A stretch of 64,000 nt of DNA from Chiloscyllium plagiosum. Lineage: Eukaryota. Under the pieces are notes generated by a model. The model was not told the origin of the DNA and did not search any database. It saw only the letters and a list, made by a program, of their open reading frames with translations. Each line of letters opens with the position of its first letter. Positions within the stretch are counted from its first letter, which is position 1. The position numbers and the translations under genes are program-made. The DNA lies in contig NC_057732.1 of NCBI RefSeq assembly GCF_004010195.1, positions 34,286,501 through 34,350,500 of the forward strand. The letters are read 5' to 3'. Shown here piece by piece: positions 38,401 through 50,400 of the stretch.

Positions 38401-41400
38401 TTACTATATACAATTTACCTCTTTACACACTGTCCACTGTTTAGCCCTTGCATACTGTTCACACCTTTACACACTGTCCACTGCTTAGCCCTTGCATACT
38501 GTTCACACCTTTACACACTGCTCCCTCCTGACATATTGCCTCTCACCAATACACTTGCACACATTTTGGGAGAAGGTATTAGAGGAGATGGACTCACCAC
38601 TGAAAGTAGAGGAAAACTTGTCCAACCTGGAGAAATAAGAGATGAATCATTAACACTTACCCAGCGATTGCACCCTCACTGAACCTCTTCCCCCTCCCCT
38701 GTTAAAAGCTCAGGCCTGGAACCCATCCCCACAATTCAACTCCTTCCAAACCTTATCCCTTAGGATCAGCTTTTGCTGCACACAGTTTCTGAAATCTCTC
38801 TTACCAGAATTTGTTGCTCTAGGTTTTGCTGTCACCTCACTTTGGAATTTAGTCTTAAAGTCTCAAAAACCATTGGTTCCTGATCCAAGCTACTTGATAT
38901 ACCCTAACTTCTAATATGATGCAAACCTAACCTGTTCCATGTCCATCCCTGGAGTTGACAAAACACATGTTAACTAGCATGGGACAAGCATACAGATGTG
39001 GATGGGAAAAATACATAATGCCAATATACATGACACATACATGCTCCCACCAAATCTGTTGTGCCACAGTTGACTCTACTGCGGGGAGAGGAGGAATAAG
39101 TGCGAGAAGGCTATTGTAATAGGGAATTCAGTTGCAAAGGGATAAATGTCTTTGTGGTCGCAAACAAGATTCCAGAACAGCATGTTGCCCCACTGAGTGC
39201 TAAGAACAAGGTTTTCTTGGAGTGGCTACAGGCCATTCTGCAGTGAGAAGATGAGTAACCAGTGGTAACGGTATACATCAGTACAAACAACTTATCTAAG
39301 AAAGGGGATGAGGTCCTAAAAGTAGAATATAAGGAATGGGAAGTTAAAAAGTTGAACCTCAAAATTAGTGATCTTAGGAAAGCTACCACAGCAATGTATA
39401 ACTCGGAGTAGCAATAGCAGGATATATGAGATGAATATATGACTGGAATGATGGTGCAAGTGGAAGGGGTTCAGATTCCTATAGTATTGGAACTGGTTCT
39501 GTCAAACATGGGACCAGAACAAGCTGGATGAGTTGCACCTGGCAGGACTGGAACTGATGACCTTGGGGTATATTTGTTAACTTGGTTGGGGAGGGTTTAA
39601 ACTCAAATGGGAACCTATACAGGCTAACTGAAGAGAGGGAAACAAGTGTAAAAGCAAACGACAGAATCAGAAACAGGAAAAGTGATAGGTTGAGGATTCA
39701 AGCCACTATGCTAAATAATGTAAACAGGAATAAACATGTTAAGAAAACAAGATTTAAGGACTTGTGTCTTAATGCGTAGAGCATTCAAGCTCAAGTGGAT
39801 GGATTAGTTAAGCAAACAGATATAAATGGATACGTTATTGTGGATTTAGGGAGACTTGGCTGCAGGGTGACCAGGGATGGGAACTGAATATCCAGGGGCA
39901 TTCCATTTTTAGAGGAAGGAGGAAAGGTGGTGGGGTAGCATGACTAGTTACAGAGTATATTAATGCAATAGGAAGGATATTACCTCTGGTGCAGTGGGAT
40001 CTGTATGGGTGGAGCTTAGAAGTATTATGAGACAGAAACAATAGTGGTTTGTATATAGATCCCAATACTTTTGCAGTAATGTTGGGGGAAAGCATTAAAC
40101 ATGAAATTAGAGACACAAGCAATAAAGATACTGCTGTAATTATGAGCAACTTTAATCTGCATGTAGATTGGGCAAGTCAAATAAGTAACTATATCAGAGA
40201 AGAGGACTTCCTGGAGTCTGCACAAGATGGTTTTCTGGATATATACATTGAGGAACTAACTGGAAGCCAGACCATGCTAGACTGGGTATTTTGTCATGAA
40301 AAAAGGAATAATAGGCACTCCTTTGGAAAAGAGTGCTCATAATATGATGGAATTCTTCATTAAGATGGAGAGTGACATATTTGATTCTGAGCCTCGGGCC
40401 CTGAATCTAAATAGAGACAACTACCTTGGTACAAGGCGCAAGCCAGCTATGATAAATTGAGGAGCATTACTTAAAGGGATGGCAATGCATAGGCAAGGGC
40501 AAACATTTAAAAAATACATGAAGGAACTGCAACAATTCCACTTTCTTATCTGGCACAAAAACAAAACAAGAAAAATGGCGCTGTCATGGCTAAGAAGGGA
40601 AATCAAGAAGAGCATTCGATCCAAAGAAGGGGCTTAGAAATTGGCCAAAAAGAGCAACAGACCTGAAGATCAGGAGCAGTTTAGATTTCAGCAAAGGAGG
40701 AAAAGTGGAGTATGGGAGTAAATTTGCAGGGAATTTACAAACTAATTGTAAAAGCTTCTATAGGTTAGTAAAGAGAAAAAGATTAACAAAGGCAAATGTT
40801 AAGTCCTTTACAATCAGAAACAGGGGAAATTATAATGGAAAACAAAGAGATAACAAACCAATTAAGTACATATTTTAGTTCCATCTTCACAAAGGAGGAT
40901 ACAAATAATGTTTCAAAAATATTGGGAACACATGGTCTAATGAGAGAAAGGAACTGAAGGAATGTATGGGGGTCATTGATGGGATTAAAGGTCAATAAAG
41001 CCCCAGAGCCTGACAACCTTCACTCTAGCGTACTTAAGGATTTGGCCCTACAAATAGTGGATGCATTGATGGTCACCTTTCAAGATGCTAGACTCTGGAA
41101 CAGTTCCTATAGATTGGAGAGTATCTAATGTAATCCCACGATTTAAAAAAAGCAGGTAGAGAGAAGACAGGGAATTATAGAACAGTCAGTCTGGCATCAG
41201 TAGTAGGGAAAATGCTACAGTCCATTTAAAAAGATTTAATTGCAGAACATTTGGAAACAAAATGACAGGATTGGACAGAGTTGAAATGGATATAAGCAAG
41301 GAAAATTCAATTTGACAAATCTACTAGAATTCTTTTGTGATGAATTCTTTGAGAGTTGATAAGGGAAACCAGTGGATGCGGTCGACTGGAGTTTCAGAAG

Positions 41401-44400
41401 GTATTTAATAAGGTCCTACTTAAGCATGTAAAATCAAAACACTTAGGAATGGGGCTAGAGTGCTGACTCAATAGAGGACTGGCTGGCAGACAGGAAACAG
41501 GAGGAATAAAAGGGTCATTTTCTATGAGTGACGGCCAGTGAGTGACTAATCGGGTACTGCAGGGATCAATGTTTGGACCCCATCTATTCATTGTATAAAT
41601 GTAATATCTCCAAGTTTGGAGATGACAAAATTTGGTGGGTGAAATGTAAGGAGAATGTAGAAATGCTTTGGTGTGCTTTGGACAGTTTGAGTGAGTGGGG
41701 TATGGTAGATGAAGTGTACAATGCAGTTATCCACCTTATTAGCAAAAATTAGAGGGCGATTAGCTGATAGACTGTGAAAAGTTAAGTTGCAGTAAAACCT
41801 GGGAGCCCTTGTGTACCAGTCACTGAAAGTAAGCATGGAGGTGCAGTAGGTCGTGTAAAATGGTTTGTTGGCTTTCATAGCCAAGGGATTAGAGTACCGG
41901 AGCATGAATGTTGTGCTACAATTATACAGTGCATTGGTGGGACCACACCTGAGATATTGTGTGCTGTTTTGGTCTCCTTATCCTTCAGGATGTTCTAGCT
42001 AAGGAGGGAGTGCAACAAAGGTTTACCAGATTGATTCCTGGGATGGTAGGACTAACGTATGAAGATAGCCCTGATCAGTTAGGACTATAGTCACTGACAT
42101 TAAAAAGAATGAGGAAGAACTCAGAAACCAATAAAATTCTATCAGGACTACACAGGGTAAACACAGGAAGGATATTCCCAATGATTAGTGATTCCAGAAC
42201 CAGGGGTTACAGTCTAAGGATATGGAATAGGCCATTAGGACTGAGGTGAGGAGAAAGTTCTTCATTCAGAGTGGTGACTATTTGGAACTCTGCCACAGAA
42301 AGCGGTTAAGGCCAAACACTGAATGTTTTCAAGGAGATAGATATTGTTCTTAGGGCTAATGGGATCAAATTGTATGGGACAAAAACATAAAAAGACCACT
42401 GAGTAGGATGATTAGCCATGATCATATTGAATGTAAGGCTAGTTCAAAACGGCTAAATGGCCTACTCCTGTTCTTATTTTCTATGCCAGAAGTGACTTCA
42501 CCTGACAAAGTGTCAATGCTCTGAAAGCTGGTGATCTCAAATAAATCTATTGGATTATAACCTGCTGTCATCTGATTTCGGACCTCGTCCATCCCAGTCC
42601 AACACAGGCACCTCCACGTTATGCCTATCTTCTATGTTTCGATATGGACACCCACCTGGTAAATAGATAAGTAGAGGATCCAGAGGCATGCAAAGACGAA
42701 GCAGTCTCGGAAAGGTTTTGCCACCAGAGCGATGACGGACAGGCTGACCCCCAGTAAGCAAATGAACTCCATGCCTTGTTCAGTGTCAAGCCCAAGCCAG
42801 GGGCACAACCACAGTAATGTTGGAGAATCTGTCAGCTGCTCGACCAGTGGCTTTCCAGTGAAGGGCAGCATCCTGCGGACTGGTAGAATTCCTTCCTTTC
42901 CATAGAGTCCTGTCAGAAAAACAAAAGGTCACAATATTATTAATAATAGAAACAAGCATGGCTTGCACCATAGGAGCCCATTCAGTCCATCACAATTGTG
43001 TGAGCCAACAGAGTATTATCTGGTCTAATCTCAATTCTCAATTAAATCGCCCCTCAGCATTTTTTTGTTTCAAGCCACTTTAACTTATGAAAGTAAAATA
43101 AAGAGCTGTGAATGCTGGAGACCTGAAAAAGAAACTAAAACAGTCATTCTCTGAGAAACTCAGCAGGTCTGGTAGCATCTGTGGAGAGAAAACAAGAGTT
43201 AACATTTTGAGTCCAGTGACTCTTCTTCACAACTGCTAGCAGCTCTGAAAAAGTTGGTATTTATGCTGATGAAAGCATGGCTAATGGTGGAGGTGGTGAG
43301 CAGATAAGTGGAGACAGAGTCCAGAGAGATGAAACAAAAAAAAGATAGGCAGATAAAGTAAGCTGAGGAAGGCAAGCTAGATACATGGTAATGGGGGCTG
43401 TAAGTAGTAAAAAATGGATTGGCTGTGCTGGAAGCAACTAATTTCATGACAGAATCTGGGTTGGGTGTAGGTAATAGACATGTAAAATGCTAGATTAGAT
43501 TACTTACAGTGTGGAAACAGGCCCTTCGGTCCAACAAGTCTACACAGACCCGCCGAAACGCAACCCACCCAGACCCATTCCCCTACATTTACCCCTTCAC
43601 TAAGATTACGGGCAATTTAGCGCGGCCAATTCACCTGACCTGCACATCTTTGGAAACTGGAACACCCGGAGGAAACTCACGCAGACACGGGGAGAATGTG
43701 CAAACTCCACACAGTGTGTCACCTGAGGCGGGAATTGAACCCAGGTCTCTGGTGCTGTGAGGCAGCAGTGCTAACCACTGTGCCACCTTGCCGCCCATGT
43801 TGTTCATGCTCTGAAATTATTAAACTTGATATTGAGTCCTGATGGCTGTTACGTCCACAAATGGAAGATGTTGCTCCTACAAATTGCATTGAGCAATACT
43901 GGAGCACTACAGCAGGCCTGAGACAGAAATATTGGCCAGGGAACATTGTGGTATGTTGTAGTGGCAAGAAACTGAAAAGTTCAGGATGATTTTTACAGAC
44001 AGATACAGATGTTTTGCAAAGTGGTCATCTGGTCTGTTTCTCCTCTCCCTAATATAGACGAGATTGCTATGCAAGCGGCAAATACAGTAGATTAGATTGA
44101 GTGCAGTGCAGGTAAATCATTGCTCATATTGGCCGGTGTCTGGGGTCTTGGATAGCGAGGTAAACAGAAAAGTGTTGCACCTTCTGTGATTGTATAGGGA
44201 GAGGGTGTGGGGAGTGGGGGGAATTGAACCAGGTTGCCCTTGAGGGAATGGTTCCTGTGGAATGCTGATGAGAGTGATGGAGACGATGTGCCTGGTGGAG
44301 GTGGAAATGGTGGCTTATGATCCTTCTGATGTGGAGCTGGTGGAGTGGAATCTAAGGACCAGAGGGACACTATTGTAGCCGTGGGAGGGAAGAGATGGGG

Positions 44401-47400
44401 TGACGGCAGAAGTGTTGGAAATGGGTTGGACATGACTAAGGAATAGTAGTAGTGAATATTCAGTTAAGGAAAAAGGTGAACATTTGAGGTCCACCCTGTG
44501 AAAGGTGGCATCACAGAACAAATGTGATGGACAACTTGGATAATGGAATGAAGTCCTTACAGGAAACAGGGGTGAGGATATATAGTCAAGAAAAATGTGG
44601 GGTTCGGTGGGTTTGTAATGGATATTGATGGCCAACCTATCTTGAAGATGGAAACTGCGATGTCAAGGAGGGAACAAAGGAGTCACAAATGTATTCGTGG
44701 TGCTGCTTCCCTCTTTTGTCTGGAATTGGAAACATTTATCAATTTTGCTTCCAATTTCAGCTTGTCCAGTTCTGCCTCTTCTCTTCCATTCCTCAACATT
44801 TCTGGCCATTTACTTGTATTTCCTTGCCTTGTTAGGCTTCTCCAAATGCTTACCTCTCACCTGTCCACACGAATTCCACTTTCCACTTTTCTACCCACCT
44901 GATCAGTTCATCAATATGTTTCTGCAATCCACAGCTTTCGACTTGACTACTAACAACATGATTAGTCTTTGTATCAATGTAAATTTTTTACTCTAAATCA
45001 GTGATTTTTAACACAAAAGACAAGTAACAACAATAAACCCTGTCGGACACAGTTGGAAAAGGACTTCCAGTTACAAAAACAACATGGATAATCATCCTTT
45101 GTTTTCTGCCCTAAGTTAATTTTGGATCCAACTTTTTATTTGAATCTCATGGTTTTCACTTTTGTGGCCACTTTGCATTGTCAAAAACCTTCCCAAAATT
45201 AATCAGTTGTGCCACTTCCTCAAAAGAAAATTCAGTAAAGTTAGATAGATTTATCATTTCCTCAACACATCTCTGCTGACTGACTTAAATAAATGTGTCT
45301 TTTAAATGACAATTTATATTGTGCCTCAGAGATTTCCCTAATAAATTACCCAGCACTGAGTTTAGGATGACCTGCCTATAAGGACTTGATCAATTCTTTT
45401 CTCCCTTTTTAAACAATGGTGGAACCTTGGCACTCCTACGTTTATAACCAGAGATTAGAATTATTATGGCGAGATCCACCATAACTTTTTCAATTGCTTC
45501 TCTGAACAGCCTAAATGTACCTAATTTAGGCTCAGTGATTTACTGACTTTCAAAGATTACACACCTCTTGATATTTCCTCTCTATGTTTATTCTATTCAA
45601 TATTTTATATTCTGTAACTACTCAATCACTTCCCTTTTTGTGGAGGCGAATGCAAATTATTAATTAAGAACCATGCCCTTGACTTCAGCCTCTACACATT
45701 TTACACCTTTTTAGTCTCTAAACGGCCCTACTCTTTTGGCTATCTTTCTGACCAAAAATTGTTTTTTTTCAGCAATACTTTATATATTGACAAACTAGCC
45801 GTTAAAGTTCCTTCTGTTTGCTTTTCAAATGTCCTGTCTAGGTTTGCCTCTGACCTTGCAACAATTCTCCCAGTTACTGTGTTCTTGGGCTCTCCGTTTA
45901 ACATAAGCTTTCTTTTCTGCACGATTTCTGCCTTGCATGCTGTTTGTCATTTAGGACAGCCTGTACTTGTGAATTCTACCTCTGATTGGCACGGTGGCAC
46001 AGTGGTTAGCACTGCTGCCTCACAGCGCCAGAGACCCGGATTCAATTCCAGCCCCGGGCAATTGTCTGTGTGGAGTTTGCACATTCTCCCAGTGTCTGCG
46101 TGGGTTTCCTCCGGGTGCTCCGGTTTCCCTCCCACAGTCCAAAGATAATAGACAATAGGTGCAGGAGTAGGCCATTCAGCCCTTCTAGCCTGCACCGCCA
46201 TTCAATATGATCATGGCTGATCATTCCTAATTCCTCTTCCTGCCTTATCTCCATAACCATTGATTCCACTATCTTTGAGAGCTCTATCCAACTCTTTCTT
46301 AAATGAATCCAGAGACTGGGCCTCCACTGCCCTCTGGGGCAGAGCATTCCACACAGCCACCACTCTCTGGATGAAGACGTTTCTCCTCATCTCTGTCCTA
46401 AATGGTCTACCCCGTATTTTTAAGCTGTGTCCTCTGGTTCGGCACTCACCCATCAGTGGAAACATGTTTCCTGCTGCCACAGTGTCCAATCCTTTAATAA
46501 TCTTATATGTCTCAATCAGATCCCATCTCAATCTTCTAAACTCAAGGGTATACAAGCCCAGTCACTCCAGTCTTTCAGTGTAAGGTAATCCCACCATTCC
46601 AGGAATTGACCTCGTGAACCTACAATCACTTAGCTCTGTCTATCATTTGCTGTTTATACCATCTTGCATGCAAGTAGTTCTGTTTAGTGGCTTCACCAGG
46701 TTGACACCTCATTTTTAGCTATGCCTGGTGCTGCTCCTGGCATGCACTCCTAAGTCTCCATTGAACCAGGGTTGATCCCCTGGCTTGATGCTAATTGTTG
46801 AGTGGGGGATATGTCAGGCCATGAGGTTACAGACTGTGCTGGAGGACAATTCTGCTACTGTTGATGGCCCACAGCGCCTCATGGATGCCCAGTCTTGAGT
46901 TGCTAGATTGTTTCCAAGTCTGTCCCATTTAGCACGGTGATAGAGCCATAAAACATGATGGAGGGTATTCTCAATGTGAAGGTGGGAATTTGTCTTCACA
47001 AGGACTGTGCGGTGCTCATTTTTTACCGATACCATTATGGACAGATGTTCTACAGCTGGCAGATTATTAAGGATGAGGTCAAATATGTTTTTTCCTCTTG
47101 TTGCTTCCCTCACCACCACTGCAGACCAACTCTAGCAGTTATACCCTTTGCAACCTGACCAGCTCGATCAGTAGTGCTGTTGCTGAGCCACTCTTGGTGG
47201 TGGTGATTGAAACGTCCATCGAGAGTACATTTTGCACCTTTTCCACCCTCAATGCTTCCTCCGAGTGTTGTTCAACATGGTGGAGTACTGATGCATCAGC
47301 TGATGGAGGACGGTACATGGTAACCAGTAAGAGGTTTCCTTGCCCATGATTAACCTGAAGCCATGAAACTTCCAAGGGGGCCGGAGTCAATGTCAAGGAC

Positions 47401-50400
47401 TCCCAGGGCAACTCCCTCCCAACTGTATCCCACCGTGCCGCTACCTCTGCTGGGTTGTCCTGCTGGTGGGACAGAACATATTCAGGAATGTAATGGCGAT
47501 GGTATCTGAAGTGTTATCTGTGAGGTCTTCATAGACCGAATGATGGATCCACGATGTTGATGGGTTATAGATAGCACGTTTAGTGAAATGGCCATACCAC
47601 AGATGAGGATTGCTGAGGGAGAAAGGGAATGGGTGACCAAAAGGCAGAGACAGAGCAGGAAGGCAGTGCAGATGTGCCCTGTGGTTATCTCCCTCCAAAA
47701 CAGGTTTAGCATTTTGGATACGGTGAAGGGAGATGGCTCACCACGGGAAGGCAACAATAGCCAGGTTCATGGCACCGTGGCAGGCTCTGCTGTTCAAAAG
47801 GACGGGAATAAGAGTGGAAGGGCTAGAGTCATAGGGGATTCAATTGTAAGGGGAGTAGNNNNNNNNNNNNNNNNNNNNNNNNNNNNNNNNNNNNNNNNNN
47901 NNNNNNNNNNNNNNNNNNNNNNNNNNNNNNNNNNNNNNNNNNNNNNNNNNNNNNNNNNNNNNNNNNNNNNNNNNNNNNNNNNNNNNNNNNNNNNNNNNNN
48001 NNNNNNNNNNNNNNNNNNNNNNNNNNNNNNNNNNNNNNNNNNNNNNNNNNNNNNNNNNNNNNNNNNNNNNNNNNNNNNNNNNNNNNNNNNNNNNNNNNNN
48101 NNNNNNNNNNNNNNNNNNNNNNNNNNNNNNNNNNNNNNNNNNNNNNNNNNNNNNNNNNNNNNNNNNNNNNNNNNNNNNNNNNNNNNNNNNNNNNNNNNNN
48201 NNNNNNNNNNNNNNNNNNNNNNNNNNNNNNNNNNNNNNNNNNNNNNNNNNNNNNNNNNNNNNNNNNNNNNNNNNNNNNNNNNNNNNNNNNNNNNNNNNNN
48301 NNNNNNNNNNNNNNNNNNNNNNNNNNNNNNNNNNNNNNNNNNNNNNNNNNNNNNNNNNCTAAAAAAGCTTTTACTCTCCTCCTTTATATTATTGGCCAAT
48401 TTACGTTCGTACCTCATTTTTCCTCTGCGTATTTCCTTTTTTGTAATCCTCTGTTGCTCTTTAAAAGCTTCCCAGTCCTCCGTTTTCCCACTTATCTTTG
48501 CTATGTTATACTTTTTCTCTTTTAACTTTATATGTTTCTTAACTTCCCTCGTCAGCCACGGCCGCCCATGCCTCCTCCTGGGATCTTTCTTCCTTTTAGG
48601 AATGAACTGATCCTGCAACTTCTGCATTATACTCAGAAATATCCACCATTGTTCCTCCATGGTCATCCCTGCTAAGGTATTGCACCATTGAACTTTGGCC
48701 AGCTCCTCCCTCATAGCTCCATAGTTCCCTTTATTGAACAGAAGTACTGTTACTTCCGACTGTACCCTCTCCCTCTCAAATTGCAGATTGAAGCTTAATG
48801 TATTACGGTCACTACTTCCCAATGGCTCCTTCACTTCGAGGTCTCTGACCAATTCTGGTTCGTTACACAATACCAGATCCAGAATTGCCTTCTCCCTGGT
48901 CGGCTCCAGCACCAGTTGCTCTAAGAATCCATTTCTGAGGCACTCCACAAAGTCTCTTTCTTGAGGTCCAATACCATCCTGATTCTCCCAGTCTACCTGC
49001 ATGTTAAAATCCCCCATAACTGTAGTAACATCTTTGCGACAGGCCAATTTTAGCTCCTGATTCAACTTACATCCGACACCAGGACTATTGTTTGGGGGCC
49101 TGTAGATGACTCCCAAGAGGCTCTTTTTACCATAGTATTTCGCAGCTCTATCCACACTGACTCTACATCCCCTGACTCTAGGTCCCCCCGCGCAAGGGAC
49201 TGAATATCCTCCCTTACCAACAAGGCCACCCCACCCCCTCTGCCCGTCAGTCTGTCCTTACGATAGCACGTGTAGCCTTGAATATTCATTTCCCAGGCCC
49301 TGTCCACTTGAAGCCACGTCTCAGTTATCCCCACAATATCGTATCTGCCAATTTCCAAAAGAGCCTCAAGCTCATCCATCTTATATCTAATGCTTCGTGC
49401 ATTCATGCATAGTATTTTTAATTTGTTACTGCTCTCACCCTTCCCATCAACCCCTATTTCACTCAACCTTACAGCATGATGTGCAGGTTAGGTGAATTGG
49501 CCGTGCTAAATTGCTCGTAGTGTTAGGTGAAGGGGTAAATGTAGGGGAATGGGTCTGGTGGCGTTGCTCTTCGGAGGGTCGGTTTCCACACTCTAAGTAA
49601 TCTAATCTAATGTAATCTCTACCGGAGTGTATTTGTGCCAAATCCTCCATGTATACTTCTCACTGTTCTAAGACTGATTTATCCTTGAATAGCTGTTTCC
49701 AGTCTTTTGCCAAATCGCATCTTATGGCTTTTACTTTTATGGCCACTTTGCATTAGAAACTTGTCAAAAGCTTCCCCAAAATTAATAAATTGTAATACTT
49801 CCTCAAAAAATTCAGTGAAGCTAATAACTTTAATAAAATTGGCCTTAGGATAAGATCACAGAAGAATGTCAGTGTATGTGCATGTATTTCCAACAAGCAT
49901 TTCACCTCGTGACATTTTCCAGTGTACTCTGTGTAACCCTGTACATCATTCCCTTCCAAAATAATAAAATTTAATTCTTGAATATCTTGATTGAAACAGT
50001 CTCCACCACTCTCCTGGCAGTCCTTTGCAGACCCTTACAACTTGCTGTTTGCAAATGCTGTTCCCCATATTTTTCTTGTTTAACAATTACTTCAATCCGT
50101 GCCCTCTTTTTCTTTATCATTTCAAAAGGAGAAACAGTTTCTTCCTATCAATTCTGTTCAGATACCTCGCGATTTTGAATACCTTTATCAGATCTCCTCT
50201 TATCCTTCCCTTCTCCAAAGGAAGCAGTCCTAACTTCTTCAATCTGTCTTCATAACCAAAATTAATTGCAGTGGAATCAACCTCCTAAGGCTCAGAGTCT
50301 CCAATGCCTTCACATCCTCCCTCAAAAGTAAAATCACCATTGTCTTAGAGGACCATAGGACTGTTCTCTCATGAGAGAGACATGACTGGTCGTGAATTTA

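Noticed and set aside
47588-49155. 340 and 453 aa ORFs
   Set aside because: CR1 ORF1 and ORF2 fragments joined across an N gap in opposite orientations, not host genes.
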